The notes beneath the pieces are model-generated. The model did not search any database, was not told the DNA's origin, and was given only the letters and a program-made list of their open reading frames with translations. This document shows positions 27,260-36,587 of a DNA stretch of 64,000 nucleotides, piece by piece. Location: contig JAEYWA010000153.1 in the NCBI GenBank assembly GCA_023431385.1, positions 7,272 to 71,271 of the forward strand, given 5' to 3'. Numbering within the stretch: position 1 is the first letter of the stretch; each line of letters starts with the position of its first letter. This DNA comes from Bacillota bacterium (GTDB lineage: Bacteria > Bacillota > Clostridia > Acetivibrionales > DSM-1351). The position numbers and the translations under genes are program-made.

Positions 27260-27288
27260 ATTATACTTTTACTTATTGTACCAGTCAA
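27260..27288 (-). promoter_or_regulatory. Sigma-A-type promoter for the yitJ-like gene
   Basis: Minus strand reads TTGACT (27288..27283), a 17-nt spacer, then TATAAT (27265..27260), about 75 nt upstream of ATG 27183. Confidence 0.6.
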
Positions 27289-27376
27289 GGAATATGAATT
27301 GTATAAATATGTTGTAGTTTTGTGTAGAAGGGAGTAAAATTATGCTATGACATTTAGTAAGGGTGGGTGTATTTGT

Positions 27377-27553
27377 ATGGATATTGCAGCTTTATCTATT
27401 TTGAAGTCTCAGGCCGCTGTAAGTCAGAAGGTTGGTCTGGCCGTAACGAAACTGGCAATGAATACTGCCGAAGTGGATTCGGAAGCCCTGACCAAAATGA
27501 TGGAACTCAGTGTAAATCCTCACGTAGGAAGTAATTTTGATCAAAGCGTTTAG
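27377..27553 (+). CDS. YjfB-family small putative motility protein
   Basis: MDIAALSILKSQAAVSQKVGLAVTKLAMNTAEVDSEALTKMMELSVNPHVGSNFD matches the YjfB pattern (MDIAALS...KMAMD...HP.LG...D). The start is trimmed to ATG 27377. Confidence 0.7.
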   Translation: MDIAALSILKSQAAVSQKVGLAVTKLAMNTAEVDSEALTKMMELSVNPHVGSNFDQSV

Positions 27554-27600
27554 TAAAAGCTTTTAGTAAAAGCTTTTTGTAAAGTCTTTTCTCTTCTCTG

Positions 27601-27629
27601 TCGGGAATGTCCTTAACAGACATTCCCGA
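27601..27629 (+). terminator. Hairpin downstream of the yjfB-like gene, possibly a terminator
   Basis: TCGGGAATGTC-cttaaca-GACATTCCCGA is an 11-bp perfect stem. The following U-tract is weak. Confidence 0.4.
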
Positions 27630-27720
27630 TAACTTCATTTCGTTCCGGGAATTAATCTTGTGTTCATCATTTTTTACAAAAATAAAAGTTAAAAGCTCAT
27701 AAATATTATTCAACTTTGCC

Positions 27721-27758
27721 TTGATAATTAAAAAAGCACAATGTATAATGAACATTGT
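27721..27758 (+). promoter_or_regulatory. Promoter with an overlapping inverted-repeat operator for the TetR-MFS operon
   Basis: TTGATA (27721-27726), a 17-nt spacer, then TATAAT (27744-27749). The inverted repeat ACAATGT (27738-27744) / ACATTGT (27752-27758) brackets the -10 element, the usual arrangement for TetR autoregulation. Confidence 0.55.
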
Positions 27759-27778
27759 TCATAAAAGGAGATGAATTA

Positions 27779-28354
27779 ATGCCAAAAACTTTAACAAATG
27801 TAAAAGAGGACATATTGGCCGTAACCCGACAAATGATTAAGGAAAATGGATATTCCGAATTAAATATCAGAAATATTGCTTCAAGATGCGGTGTAGCAAC
27901 CGGAACTGTTTATAATTATTACAGTTCCAAGGATGAAATCATTACTGAAATTCTTTTAACCGAGTGGAAACTCATGCTCAAAAGGATTGACCAAAATGCT
28001 AAAACTTCAACTTCTCCGACTATTGAAGGACTGGAAGCCATTTATAAAGAGCTTAATAGTTTTATGATCAATGTTCATGGAAAATGGTTTCAGACTATTC
28101 AGTTAGTAAATATCGAGGATATAACCGTAAGTAAGTTAAGTGAGAAGAAAAAGCTGCTGAGGGATCAGATTTCCGAAAAAGTTTCAGCCCTGATAATTCC
28201 CGGAGGTGAGAAGAAATTAATTTCTCAGGAGATAACTGATATTTTCGATGTTATCTCACACCTTTTGATCTCATATTCCAATGAGAATGTAGACTTTAAA
28301 AAGCTAAAGCCTGCACTGGCTGCACTTGTAAATAGTATCCAGCGTCATGATTAA
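27779..28354 (+). CDS. TetR/AcrR-family transcriptional regulator
   Basis: Helix-turn-helix NIRNIASRCGVATGTVYNYYSSKDEI. ATG 27779 lies 8 nt after GGAG. Confidence 0.85.
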   Translation: MPKTLTNVKEDILAVTRQMIKENGYSELNIRNIASRCGVATGTVYNYYSSKDEIITEILLTEWKLMLKRIDQNAKTSTSPTIEGLEAIYKELNSFMINVHGKWFQTIQLVNIEDITVSKLSEKKKLLRDQISEKVSALIIPGGEKKLISQEITDIFDVISHLLISYSNENVDFKKLKPALAALVNSIQRHD

Positions 28355-28411
28355 ATCAGCAGTTAGACTAATATGTACCAATGAGTATTAATACTACTTG
28401 ATATGTAGAAC

Positions 28412-28471
28412 AACTAACATCAAAGGAGACTTGTATATGATTGAACTTACATCAAAGGAGACTTGTATATG
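28412..28471 (+). repeat. Direct duplication of a 28-bp RBS-plus-start-codon module
   Basis: aactaacatcaaaggagacttgtatatg (28412-28439) versus aacttacatcaaaggagacttgtatatg (28444-28471): one mismatch, 32-bp period. Confidence 0.9.
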
Positions 28472-28481
28472 GATGAACTAA
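28437..28481 (+). promoter_or_regulatory. Candidate 14-codon leader peptide (MIELTSKETCIWMN) overlapping the RBS and start of the MFS gene
   Basis: It is opened by the ATG of repeat copy 1, which has its own AAAGGAG. It reads through the second Shine-Dalgarno sequence and the main ATG (28469) in another frame, and stops at 28479-28481. Confidence 0.35.
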
Positions 28482-30610
28482 AATCAAATGTAAAACCAAA
28501 ACTGGGGATGATAATGTTCCTTTATATGCTCGGCATATTCATGGGAGCAATAGACACAGGAATAGTAACTCCTGCCAGAACTGTAATACAGGCCAATCTT
28601 GGAGTTGAAGACAAGCTCGGGATATGGATGATCACAATTTTTACCCTTGCTTATGCAGCTTCTATTCCTATATCGGGTAAAATAGCGGATAGAATAGGAA
28701 GAAAGTATGTTTATATTGTATGTATAACTTTATTCGGACTTGGTTCTCTTATTTGCGGTCTTTCATCCAACTTCGCCAGCTTCCCCATGCTTCTTGTGGG
28801 ACGTGTTATACAAGCCATAGGCGGCGGCGGAATTATGCCTATAGCAAATGCAGAATTCGGCACAACCTTTCCGGAAGAAAAAAGAGGAATGGCACTTGGC
28901 CTTTTAGGAGGAGTCTATGGCCTGGCAAATATACTTGGTTCTTCACTTGGAAGTGCTATTCTTGATATATTCGGTATAGAAAATTGGCAGTTTTTATTTT
29001 ATATCAACCTACCAATCAGCTTAGTAATAATTATATTCGGAATATTATTTCTACCTGTTAACAAAACTACCGAAAAGCCTGGTAAAATCGACATCTGGGG
29101 TACAGTTGTCATTGTAGCTATGATCCTGGCTCTTATCTATGGACTTAAAAATATAGACTTTTTCAATTTTACCAGTACTTTAAAATCTGTAAAAGTTTAT
29201 CCTTTCCTTATTGGCTTTGCTTTACTATTGCCGATATTTATATTAATTGAGAAACGTGCACAGGACCCTATTCTCAATCTAAAGTACTTTACCTCCCCAA
29301 AGATACTTATAACACTTGTAGTAAGTTTCTTTGTAGGTGTTTGTATGATGGGTATGATTTTTGTACCTCAATTTTCGGAAAATTCCCTTAGTATTGCAAC
29401 CGGTAAAGGAGGTTACTTCGTTACAATTCTCGGTCTATTCACCGCAATAGGAGCGCCTATGAGCGGAAAACTGGTAGATAAGTACGGTGCTGGAAAAATA
29501 CTCTCCGGAGGGTTTATAGTATCACTAATAGGTTCCCTGTTTCTGGCGTTTGTAGCAACCAATATCAACAATCTGACTACCGTTTTGGTAAGCCTTGCCC
29601 TTATCGGCACAGGCCTGGGTTTTGTAATGGGTTCACCGTTAAACTATATGATGTTGGGCAATACCAGGAAGGAACAAGCCAACTCGGCACTTGCAACTCT
29701 ATCCCTTGTCAGGTCAATCGGAACGGTAATAGCTCCATCAATAATGATAGGTTTTATTGCACAGGCTGGTATTGTTGCTCAGGACCAATTGATGGGTCTC
29801 CTTCCTCAGCCAACTGCCCCTGAGTTGACTCAGGCAGTTGAGTTGAATAAGACCTTCGAAGAAATGAAAAAGGATCCAAGAATGGCTGAAATGCTCAAGG
29901 ATGTTAATATTCCAGATTTGAACAATACAAGCAATATGAATTTTGACATGAAAAGCGGAGAAGGACTGCCTGCTAACCTTGTTAAGTCCATGCAATCTGC
30001 TGATGTGACAAATATAGTAGATAAGGCCAAGGAGATTGCTGTATATATGTTTGACAAAAATACTCCTGCAGTTATAGAAAAGATACAATCGGGTATTCAG
30101 CAAGGTATTGACGGCATGAACCAGGGAATTACAGGAATTGATACCGCCTTATCGCAAATGGGAGCCGGTACCGGAAAGAGTGTCGTTGCACAAGGTTCAG
30201 ATACAAAGACTTCCAGAGCTAATGAAAAGGATCAGGGTAGTGCAGGTCAGTCTCATGGTGGTATGGGCTCACCTCAGGGAATGCAGGGCCAGCTCGGTCA
30301 ACCAGGTCAATCGGGTCAGCAGAATATGGCTGCCGCAGTTGCTGGTATGAAGGCTCAAAGAGTTAAAATGGCCGATACCGTAAGCAAAATGGAAGAATTA
30401 AAAAATTCGATTCCCGCTGCCTTTGAACAATCAAAAAAAGATTATCTTAATAAAATAGACACACTTAAACCTCAAATTGAGGAATCCTTCCAGGATTCAT
30501 TGAGTGAGGGGTTCAAGCAAATGTATTTGACTGTATCAGTTTTCTGCGTCCTATCAATTCTTCTGCTTTTGATGTACCGTGAACCTGTAAAAACAGAACT
30601 GAAAAACTGA
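28469..30610 (+). CDS. MFS (DHA2/EmrB-like) transporter with a ~240-aa hydrophilic insert before the last TM helix
   Basis: MFS motifs GKIADRIGRK and LLVGRVIQAIGGGG. There are about 13 hydrophobic segments, then a polar Q/G-rich stretch (GSAGQSHGGMGSPQGMQGQLGQPGQSGQQ), then a final helix YLTVSVFCVLSILLLLMY. The start is taken as ATG 28469 (MDELKSN). Confidence 0.8.
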   Translation: MDELKSNVKPKLGMIMFLYMLGIFMGAIDTGIVTPARTVIQANLGVEDKLGIWMITIFTLAYAASIPISGKIADRIGRKYVYIVCITLFGLGSLICGLSSNFASFPMLLVGRVIQAIGGGGIMPIANAEFGTTFPEEKRGMALGLLGGVYGLANILGSSLGSAILDIFGIENWQFLFYINLPISLVIIIFGILFLPVNKTTEKPGKIDIWGTVVIVAMILALIYGLKNIDFFNFTSTLKSVKVYPFLIGFALLLPIFILIEKRAQDPILNLKYFTSPKILITLVVSFFVGVCMMGMIFVPQFSENSLSIATGKGGYFVTILGLFTAIGAPMSGKLVDKYGAGKILSGGFIVSLIGSLFLAFVATNINNLTTVLVSLALIGTGLGFVMGSPLNYMMLGNTRKEQANSALATLSLVRSIGTVIAPSIMIGFIAQAGIVAQDQLMGLLPQPTAPELTQAVELNKTFEEMKKDPRMAEMLKDVNIPDLNNTSNMNFDMKSGEGLPANLVKSMQSADVTNIVDKAKEIAVYMFDKNTPAVIEKIQSGIQQGIDGMNQGITGIDTALSQMGAGTGKSVVAQGSDTKTSRANEKDQGSAGQSHGGMGSPQGMQGQLGQPGQSGQQNMAAAVAGMKAQRVKMADTVSKMEELKNSIPAAFEQSKKDYLNKIDTLKPQIEESFQDSLSEGFKQMYLTVSVFCVLSILLLLMYREPVKTELKN

Positions 30611-30632
30611 TAAATAAGAGTAATAAATGTAT

Positions 30633-30664
30633 AAGGCTGACCATGGAAAAACCTGGTCAGCCTT
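30633..30664. terminator. Hairpin between convergent genes, probably a bidirectional terminator
   Basis: AAGGCTGACCA-tggaaaaacc-TGGTCAGCCTT lies between the MFS (+) and PBP (-) stops. The U-tracts are modest. Confidence 0.5.
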
Positions 30665-30731
30665 TATAATTTGTGCCATAAGCACATTTTATTTATTATA
30701 ATAAAGAATATTTAGCGTGTAAAAAGGTTCA

Positions 30732-32141
30732 CTATTTAAAGTATTTCCTCATAACCTGTGAGGATATTTTAGACGCTGCTGTTCCACCGTATCCGCCTTC
30801 CTCAACAATTACCGCTATTGCTATTTCGGGTTTTTTATAAGGTGCAAATCCTATAAACCAGCTGTGAGGCGTTTTACTCTCGATGTGCTGGGCCGTACCG
30901 GTCTTACCGCAGACCTGTACCCCGCTTATCCGGGCATTTGTTCCTGTACCCTTCGACACTACTTCTCTCATATATTTTCCGATTTCAGCGGCATACTCCT
31001 GTGAGGTCACCTGTGCAAGCACAGACGGGCTTGACACCTTAATAGTCTTACCGCTGAAATCAACAACTTTACCCACCAGAGTAGGCTTCAGCATAATTCC
31101 GTCATTTGCAATAGTTTGAGCTACCAGAGCCATCTGCACAGGTGTTGCCAGTATTTCAGCCTGTCCGATTCCAGTTTGAGCAAGATTACCCTTTTCGGAA
31201 GCATTATATTGCGGGAACCTGCTGTTGTCTACTATTATTCCGTCAGCTGGGACATTCCGGTTAAATCCGAAGGCTTCAGCTGTTTTAAAGAGATCCTTTC
31301 CAAGTCTCATTCCAAGATCCCCAAAAAAGACATTACTGGATTTTATCATGGCCTGTTCAAAATTAATTTTGCCCAGAGCCTTTCCCTTATCATTACTCAG
31401 TGTGTAATCTTCGCCAATTACCAGTTTACCTTCATCATTAAAGGTTTCTTCACCAATACCATCTATGTTTTCCAGGGCACTTATACCTGTTACAACCTTA
31501 AAGGTTGACCCCGGGGGATACAGTCCTGAAACAGACCTGTTCAGCAGAGGCCGCTGCTTATTGGAATTTAGGCTTTCCCAGTCTCTGCTTAGATGGTTCG
31601 GATCAAAGGAAGGCTTTGATACCATGGCAAGAATTTCACCTGTATCAACCTTTAGCACTACAACTGAACCTCTTGAAGACCCGAGGGCGCTATAAGCCGT
31701 TTGCTGAAGTGCATAATCCAGCGTTGTATGCACATCATCGCCTTTTTTATCTACTTCCTTAAAGCCATTTCCCACCCATGCCAGGAACGAGGCCGATATA
31801 TTGCTTGACAAGTACCGGTCGTAAAGATTCTCGAGACCGGATATGCCATATTGGGAATCATAATAGCCCAATACATGGGCAGTTGCAGCTCCTCCCTTAT
31901 ATTTTCTCTTATATTGATTGTTCTTAGCTTTTTCACTTACAGATAGTTCTTTGCCGTTTCTGTCAAGAATGGTGCCTCTTACAACTTTATTTCTAACGTC
32001 CCACATTCTTTTATTATCAGGTCTAGTGGATATTTCAGGTCCTCTGAAAAGCGTAAAATACGAAAGATAGCTTATAAGTACCACAAAAACTATAAGGAAA
32101 ATAATCATTACCCGTTTTATGTTAGTTGTCAGATTATCCAT
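30732..32141 (-). CDS. Class B penicillin-binding protein (PBP2/PbpA-like transpeptidase)
   Basis: N-terminal TM anchor, then STFK (SxxK), SSN (SxN) and KTGT motifs. Confidence 0.9.
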   Translation of the reverse strand: MDNLTTNIKRVMIIFLIVFVVLISYLSYFTLFRGPEISTRPDNKRMWDVRNKVVRGTILDRNGKELSVSEKAKNNQYKRKYKGGAATAHVLGYYDSQYGISGLENLYDRYLSSNISASFLAWVGNGFKEVDKKGDDVHTTLDYALQQTAYSALGSSRGSVVVLKVDTGEILAMVSKPSFDPNHLSRDWESLNSNKQRPLLNRSVSGLYPPGSTFKVVTGISALENIDGIGEETFNDEGKLVIGEDYTLSNDKGKALGKINFEQAMIKSSNVFFGDLGMRLGKDLFKTAEAFGFNRNVPADGIIVDNSRFPQYNASEKGNLAQTGIGQAEILATPVQMALVAQTIANDGIMLKPTLVGKVVDFSGKTIKVSSPSVLAQVTSQEYAAEIGKYMREVVSKGTGTNARISGVQVCGKTGTAQHIESKTPHSWFIGFAPYKKPEIAIAVIVEEGGYGGTAASKISSQVMRKYFK

Positions 32142-32190
32142 TTTATCACCTTCATATTACTTTTTACTCATAATAGTCTTCGGTTTCCTT

Positions 32191-33396
32191 TTATATTTCT
32201 TCGTCTCCCTCGGAAACCTTTTGAATTATGCTCAAGGCTAAAAAGCTTATGAGCAGAGACGTTCCTCCATAACTCACAAAAGGCAGAGTTATACCAGTTA
32301 ACGGAATAAAACCTGTTACTCCACCTACAATTACAAGTGTCTGTGTGGCTATCATAACGCTCAATCCCGCCGTTAACAGCTTTGTAAAATTATTCTCTGC
32401 ATGTATTGCACTCCTGATTGATCTGTAGAACAGGAGAAAATGTAAAATTAAAATGGCAAGGCCCATCAACAGTCCCATTTCCTCACAAATAACAGAGAAT
32501 ATAAAATCCGACTCATTTACCGCTACATACCCGGGATGTCCCATACCCAGGCCTCTTCCGAAGAGCCCCCCCATTGCAATAGCGTACATAGACTGTACCA
32601 ACTGGTAGCTCTCGTTATAGACATAATCCCATGGATTGAGCCAAATCATAAAGCGTCTTCTGATATGTCCAAAAATAGCATAACTGGCTGCTCCGCCCGC
32701 ACCGAACAATCCAAGAGAAATAAGAACATACAGTTTTTTTGAGGTTGCCAGATAAACCATAGTTACCGATACGGCAAAGATAATCAATGCAGTACCAAGA
32801 TCCCTCTGCAATACCATAAAGCCCAGTGAGACAATAATGGCAATCCCCGGTTCTATAAGTTGCTTCCTTGAAGTTATATCCGACAGTGCTGTTGAAAGGT
32901 ATAATATAAGAAATATTTTTCCAAATTCAGAGGGTTGAAACCCGTACGGACCAATTTTAACCCAATTCTTTGCACCAAGTATTTCAACTCCTATAAAAGT
33001 TGCCATCGCCATAAAAATTATTGTTCCTGCAAGGAATAAATACTTATACTTTGCATATTTAATCAGACCCTTTTTAAGATAAAGTACTACAAAAAGAAAC
33101 ATTACAATGCCTATCACAAGCCAAACAAGCTGCTTTAAGGCTATTGTTTTATTTAGTCTAAACAGCATAATCAATCCGATAGAGCACAGCAGAACAGCAA
33201 GCAAAAATATAAGCCTGTCCCCCATTGGATAATACTTTTTCAGCACCCAGGAGGTTACCGCTATAATTACTGTTATTACCGCCCAAAACACGCCTGCCAT
33301 TGGATCTATTGGTTTGCTTAAAAAAGCAAGATTCAGGAAACCAAAGAATACAAATAAATATATAAAGAATTGCAGTTTTTTTAATCGTTTAGTCAT
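32191..33396 (-). CDS. SEDS-family glycosyltransferase (RodA/FtsW)
   Basis: Polytopic, with ESDFIFSVICEEMGL and PFVSYGGTS motifs. ATG 33396 is preferred over GTG 33408. Confidence 0.9.
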   Translation of the reverse strand: MTKRLKKLQFFIYLFVFFGFLNLAFLSKPIDPMAGVFWAVITVIIAVTSWVLKKYYPMGDRLIFLLAVLLCSIGLIMLFRLNKTIALKQLVWLVIGIVMFLFVVLYLKKGLIKYAKYKYLFLAGTIIFMAMATFIGVEILGAKNWVKIGPYGFQPSEFGKIFLILYLSTALSDITSRKQLIEPGIAIIVSLGFMVLQRDLGTALIIFAVSVTMVYLATSKKLYVLISLGLFGAGGAASYAIFGHIRRRFMIWLNPWDYVYNESYQLVQSMYAIAMGGLFGRGLGMGHPGYVAVNESDFIFSVICEEMGLLMGLAILILHFLLFYRSIRSAIHAENNFTKLLTAGLSVMIATQTLVIVGGVTGFIPLTGITLPFVSYGGTSLLISFLALSIIQKVSEGDEEI

Positions 33397-33408
33397 GTCA
33401 GAAAGCAC

Positions 33409-33858
33409 CTACTCGTCATCTGTTACTAAAAGCAAGGTTTTGGATATACTGATCTCATCTCCGGGTTGAAGACTTTTCTTATCCACCATAATTCCGTTTA
33501 TGAAAGTCCCGTTGGTAGAATTAAGGTCCTCCAGCATATATCGTCCATCTTCAAAGTATATTTTCGCATGATAGTTTGAAACAGACGGCGAAGGCAGTAT
33601 CATCTGGTTATTCTTATTTCTTCCAATTGTCAGCTTATTGCCTATGGGTACAATATCTCCTTCAACAAAATTGCCACCATCTCCGGGATAAACAAGTTTT
33701 AATTTCCATCCAAGATTGCTACCACCCTTTACTACTCCCCTTTTAATGTCTCTAGACATTATTTTAAGGGCTGAAACAATAATTATATATATAATAACAA
33801 TAAGTATTATTTTAAAAAATACCCCAAAAAAGCTTAAATCCAACAGATTGAAATTCAT
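33409..33858 (-). CDS. Membrane-anchored FHA-domain protein
   Basis: N-terminal TM helix, then LTIGRNKNNQMILPSPSVSNYHAKIYFEDGRYMLEDLNSTNGTFING. ATG 33858 follows GAGGAGG. Confidence 0.85.
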   Translation of the reverse strand: MNFNLLDLSFFGVFFKIILIVIIYIIIVSALKIMSRDIKRGVVKGGSNLGWKLKLVYPGDGGNFVEGDIVPIGNKLTIGRNKNNQMILPSPSVSNYHAKIYFEDGRYMLEDLNSTNGTFINGIMVDKKSLQPGDEISISKTLLLVTDDE

Positions 33859-33970
33859 AAAAACCTCCTCAAATCCGGTTTTATCTATTATATACAAATA
33901 CTCGGAATTTTACAAATCGACGGGGTTCTTATTAAACTATATTAATAGTAGTGAAATTACTTTACATAAA

Positions 33971-34004
33971 TAAAGACGGAAAATCTTTTTGGGATTTTCC
34001 GTCT
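33971..34004 (-). terminator. Rho-independent terminator after ppnP
   Basis: Minus strand reads AGACGGAAAATC-ccaaaaa-GATTTTCCGTCT followed by TTATTT. Confidence 0.7.
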
Positions 34005-34036
34005 ACTCCGGGATTATTGTTTTAGAATTAAATTCT

Positions 34037-34351
34037 TTATTTTACATATGAACAGCAATAATCAGCAAGTTCCTGAACTTTTAGTTTAAATTTGGAATCC
34101 GCCCTAACTTCAAAGGATTGTCCTCCCTCAACAATCTTCCAGTTCTCTTCACCAGGAAGAAGGACTTCCAGCTTACCTGCCAATATCTCCATAATTTCCT
34201 TGTCGGCTGTACCGAATTCATACTCTCCTGGCATCATAATACCAAGTGTCTTTCTCTCACCATTTGCAAAAATAACTGTTCTGCTTGTAACCTTACCTTC
34301 AAAATACACATTAGCCTTCTTAACAACACTGACATTTTCATATATACTCAT
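34037..34351 (-). CDS. ppnP: Pyrimidine/purine nucleoside phosphorylase PpnP (DUF1255/YaiE family)
   Basis: [15 protein letters not shown]...[18 protein letters not shown]...E.MEI..G...V.LPG...W. Confidence 0.8.
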   Translation of the reverse strand: MSIYENVSVVKKANVYFEGKVTSRTVIFANGERKTLGIMMPGEYEFGTADKEIMEILAGKLEVLLPGEENWKIVEGGQSFEVRADSKFKLKVQELADYCCSYVK

Positions 34352-34593
34352 AATTGTCTCCTACCTATTAGTTTATTAGCATGATAATGCTTTATTTTAC
34401 AAAAGTAAGTTTTATGAAAGATTATCATATATTTATTTCAGTGTCAATTTAATCGGTTAACAAAAAAGGTTAAGATTATTTTGGTAAAAAGTTCATTTTT
34501 AATTAGTATTTGAGAAAAAAGCTAGCACATTAGAGGTATAATATTGTATTATTATAGTATAATACATCTTTAGATATTATATGAGGTGCGTTT

Positions 34594-34860
34594 ATGCAGA
34601 ATTTTATTATATTATTGTTACTTGTACTTAATGTCTTTGGCTTTATTCTTGTATCGCTGGATAAATTCAAAGCGAAAAACAAGCTATGGCGTATACCTGA
34701 GAGGTCTTTTTTCCTATTATCGATTCTGGGAGGAAGTATAGGGGTTTACACAGGACTTTTTCTTTTTCATCATAAAACCAGGAACTGGTATTTTATGACA
34801 CTCATTCCGTTAATTATTTTAGCTCAGTCTGTTTTTATATATTATCTGGTAAACAAGTAG
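34594..34860 (+). CDS. DUF1294 small membrane protein
   Basis: DKFKAKNKLWRIPE motif with flanking hydrophobic helices. Confidence 0.75.
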   Translation: MQNFIILLLLVLNVFGFILVSLDKFKAKNKLWRIPERSFFLLSILGGSIGVYTGLFLFHHKTRNWYFMTLIPLIILAQSVFIYYLVNK

Positions 34861-34892
34861 AGGATCTTTAAGTAAAAAGATGCCTCTTTTTT
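34860..34892 (+). terminator. Rho-independent terminator
   Basis: GAGGATCTTT-aagtaa-AAAGATGCCTC (one bulge) followed by TTTTTT. Confidence 0.7.
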
Positions 34893-34981
34893 ATTTCATT
34901 GGCGTCAATCCACAACACCTGTAATAAACCTGTCTCATAATGAATAGCAATAAATAATAAAGAAAAACGGAGCTATTATTA

Positions 34982-36490
34982 ATGGGACTTGATAAATTTT
35001 ATAAAAATTCAGCAATACTTACAATGTCTAATTTAGTTACAGGATTTATTGGCTTTGCTTTTTCAATAATTCTCTCTAAAAAGCTTGGAGCTGAAGGGCT
35101 TGGATTATACGGCCTTATAATGCCGGTATATTCCCTCCTTCTGTGTCTTACAGCTGACGGACTAATTACGGCTGTCTCAAAAACCTGTGCTGTATACAAC
35201 AGTAAAAAGGATTACCGCAATCTTCATAGAACCGTAAAGGTTGCCCTTTGTTTTATAGGGATGTGGAGTATCGCTGTGGCACTGCTGGTATTTATAAACG
35301 CTTCAAATATAAGCAACTTATTTATAAAAGACAGCCGGGCTGTTGACGCTATAAGGATAATCTGCCCCGCCCTTGTTTTTATTCCAATGTCTGCCATCTT
35401 TAAAGGTTTCTTTTACGGCTTTGAGAAATTTACCGTACCGGCAGGCATCGATATACTTGAAAAATGTATCCGTGTGACAATACTTCTTGCAGCAATGGCT
35501 TTTCTCTCTGTTAAAAACATAAAGGGTGCCGTAACCACAGCTTATTTAGCTCTGGCAGTAGGTGAAGCCATAAGTATGATAATGCTGTTCACCTCCTTTA
35601 AGCTTTTTTCCAATAAGCTCGTTCCGATTAAGACCCGGGTAAAAAATCCTCTTCAATTACTGGTGGATATATTGATTATATCCTGTCCCTTGAGTTTGAA
35701 CGGCTTTTTATCTTCTATTCTTAATACTGCCTCAACGCTTATTCTTCCAAGAAGGCTGATAAGCTCCGGCATGAGCTATGATACCGCACTGGAGCTGATA
35801 GGAAAATTCATCGGCATGTCTTTAACAACAGTTAATCTGCCCTTCATAATTGTGGGCTCAATGATGACGGTAATGATTCCGGATATGTCTCTGAGTCTGA
35901 GTAAAAAAGACTCCTGGAGCACTGAAAACCGTATCTCCCAGGTCCTCAGGGTATCTTTTCTGGTTGGGCTTGGAACACTTATCGTTTCAATATGCATACC
36001 CCAAAAACTTGGTCTTTTGTTTTATGGCAGAGACGATCTTGGCCAAATGATTATGTTTGCAGGAATATGTAATTTTATCAGTTATATAGCCGCTGCCACC
36101 TTCGGAATACTCAATGGCTTGGGAAAACAGAATGTAAATCTGAAAAATTCCATTATTGTTTCTGTAGAAGGCCTGATCCTGGTATTTATACTGACCGGAA
36201 TACCTCCATTGAATATATTCGGTTATGGAATCTCTCTGGTGATTACTGCAATTACAGGGTTATTACTGAATCTCTATGAAATCAGAAAAGTGTGTGAAAT
36301 AAGGATTTCTCTTTTAAAAGGTGTGGTTTTTTCACTATTTGGGATGGCAGGCTATTTATGTGTAAAAGTAATCAATACAATTATTCCTGATAGTTTTATT
36401 GTTTTTGATGTCCTGTTTTCAACAGGAGTGTGTTTTCTGGTCATATTCTATCTAACAAAAATGTATAATTTCAAACACAATCCATTGTAG
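34982..36490 (+). CDS. MOP-superfamily polysaccharide/lipid II flippase (SpoVB/MurJ-like)
   Basis: About 14 TM helices. The N-terminus NSAILTMSNLVTGFIGFAFSIILSKKLGAEGLGLY is typical of SpoVB-type proteins. Confidence 0.7.
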   Translation: MGLDKFYKNSAILTMSNLVTGFIGFAFSIILSKKLGAEGLGLYGLIMPVYSLLLCLTADGLITAVSKTCAVYNSKKDYRNLHRTVKVALCFIGMWSIAVALLVFINASNISNLFIKDSRAVDAIRIICPALVFIPMSAIFKGFFYGFEKFTVPAGIDILEKCIRVTILLAAMAFLSVKNIKGAVTTAYLALAVGEAISMIMLFTSFKLFSNKLVPIKTRVKNPLQLLVDILIISCPLSLNGFLSSILNTASTLILPRRLISSGMSYDTALELIGKFIGMSLTTVNLPFIIVGSMMTVMIPDMSLSLSKKDSWSTENRISQVLRVSFLVGLGTLIVSICIPQKLGLLFYGRDDLGQMIMFAGICNFISYIAAATFGILNGLGKQNVNLKNSIIVSVEGLILVFILTGIPPLNIFGYGISLVITAITGLLLNLYEIRKVCEIRISLLKGVVFSLFGMAGYLCVKVINTIIPDSFIVFDVLFSTGVCFLVIFYLTKMYNFKHNPL

Positions 36491-36587
36491 CTTTCGAAAA
36501 GCAAAATCATATAACCGTATAGCCATATTTAATGATATAATAACAATTATGTTAAAAATATAACTTTAATTATTGCTGGAGGCCAAT

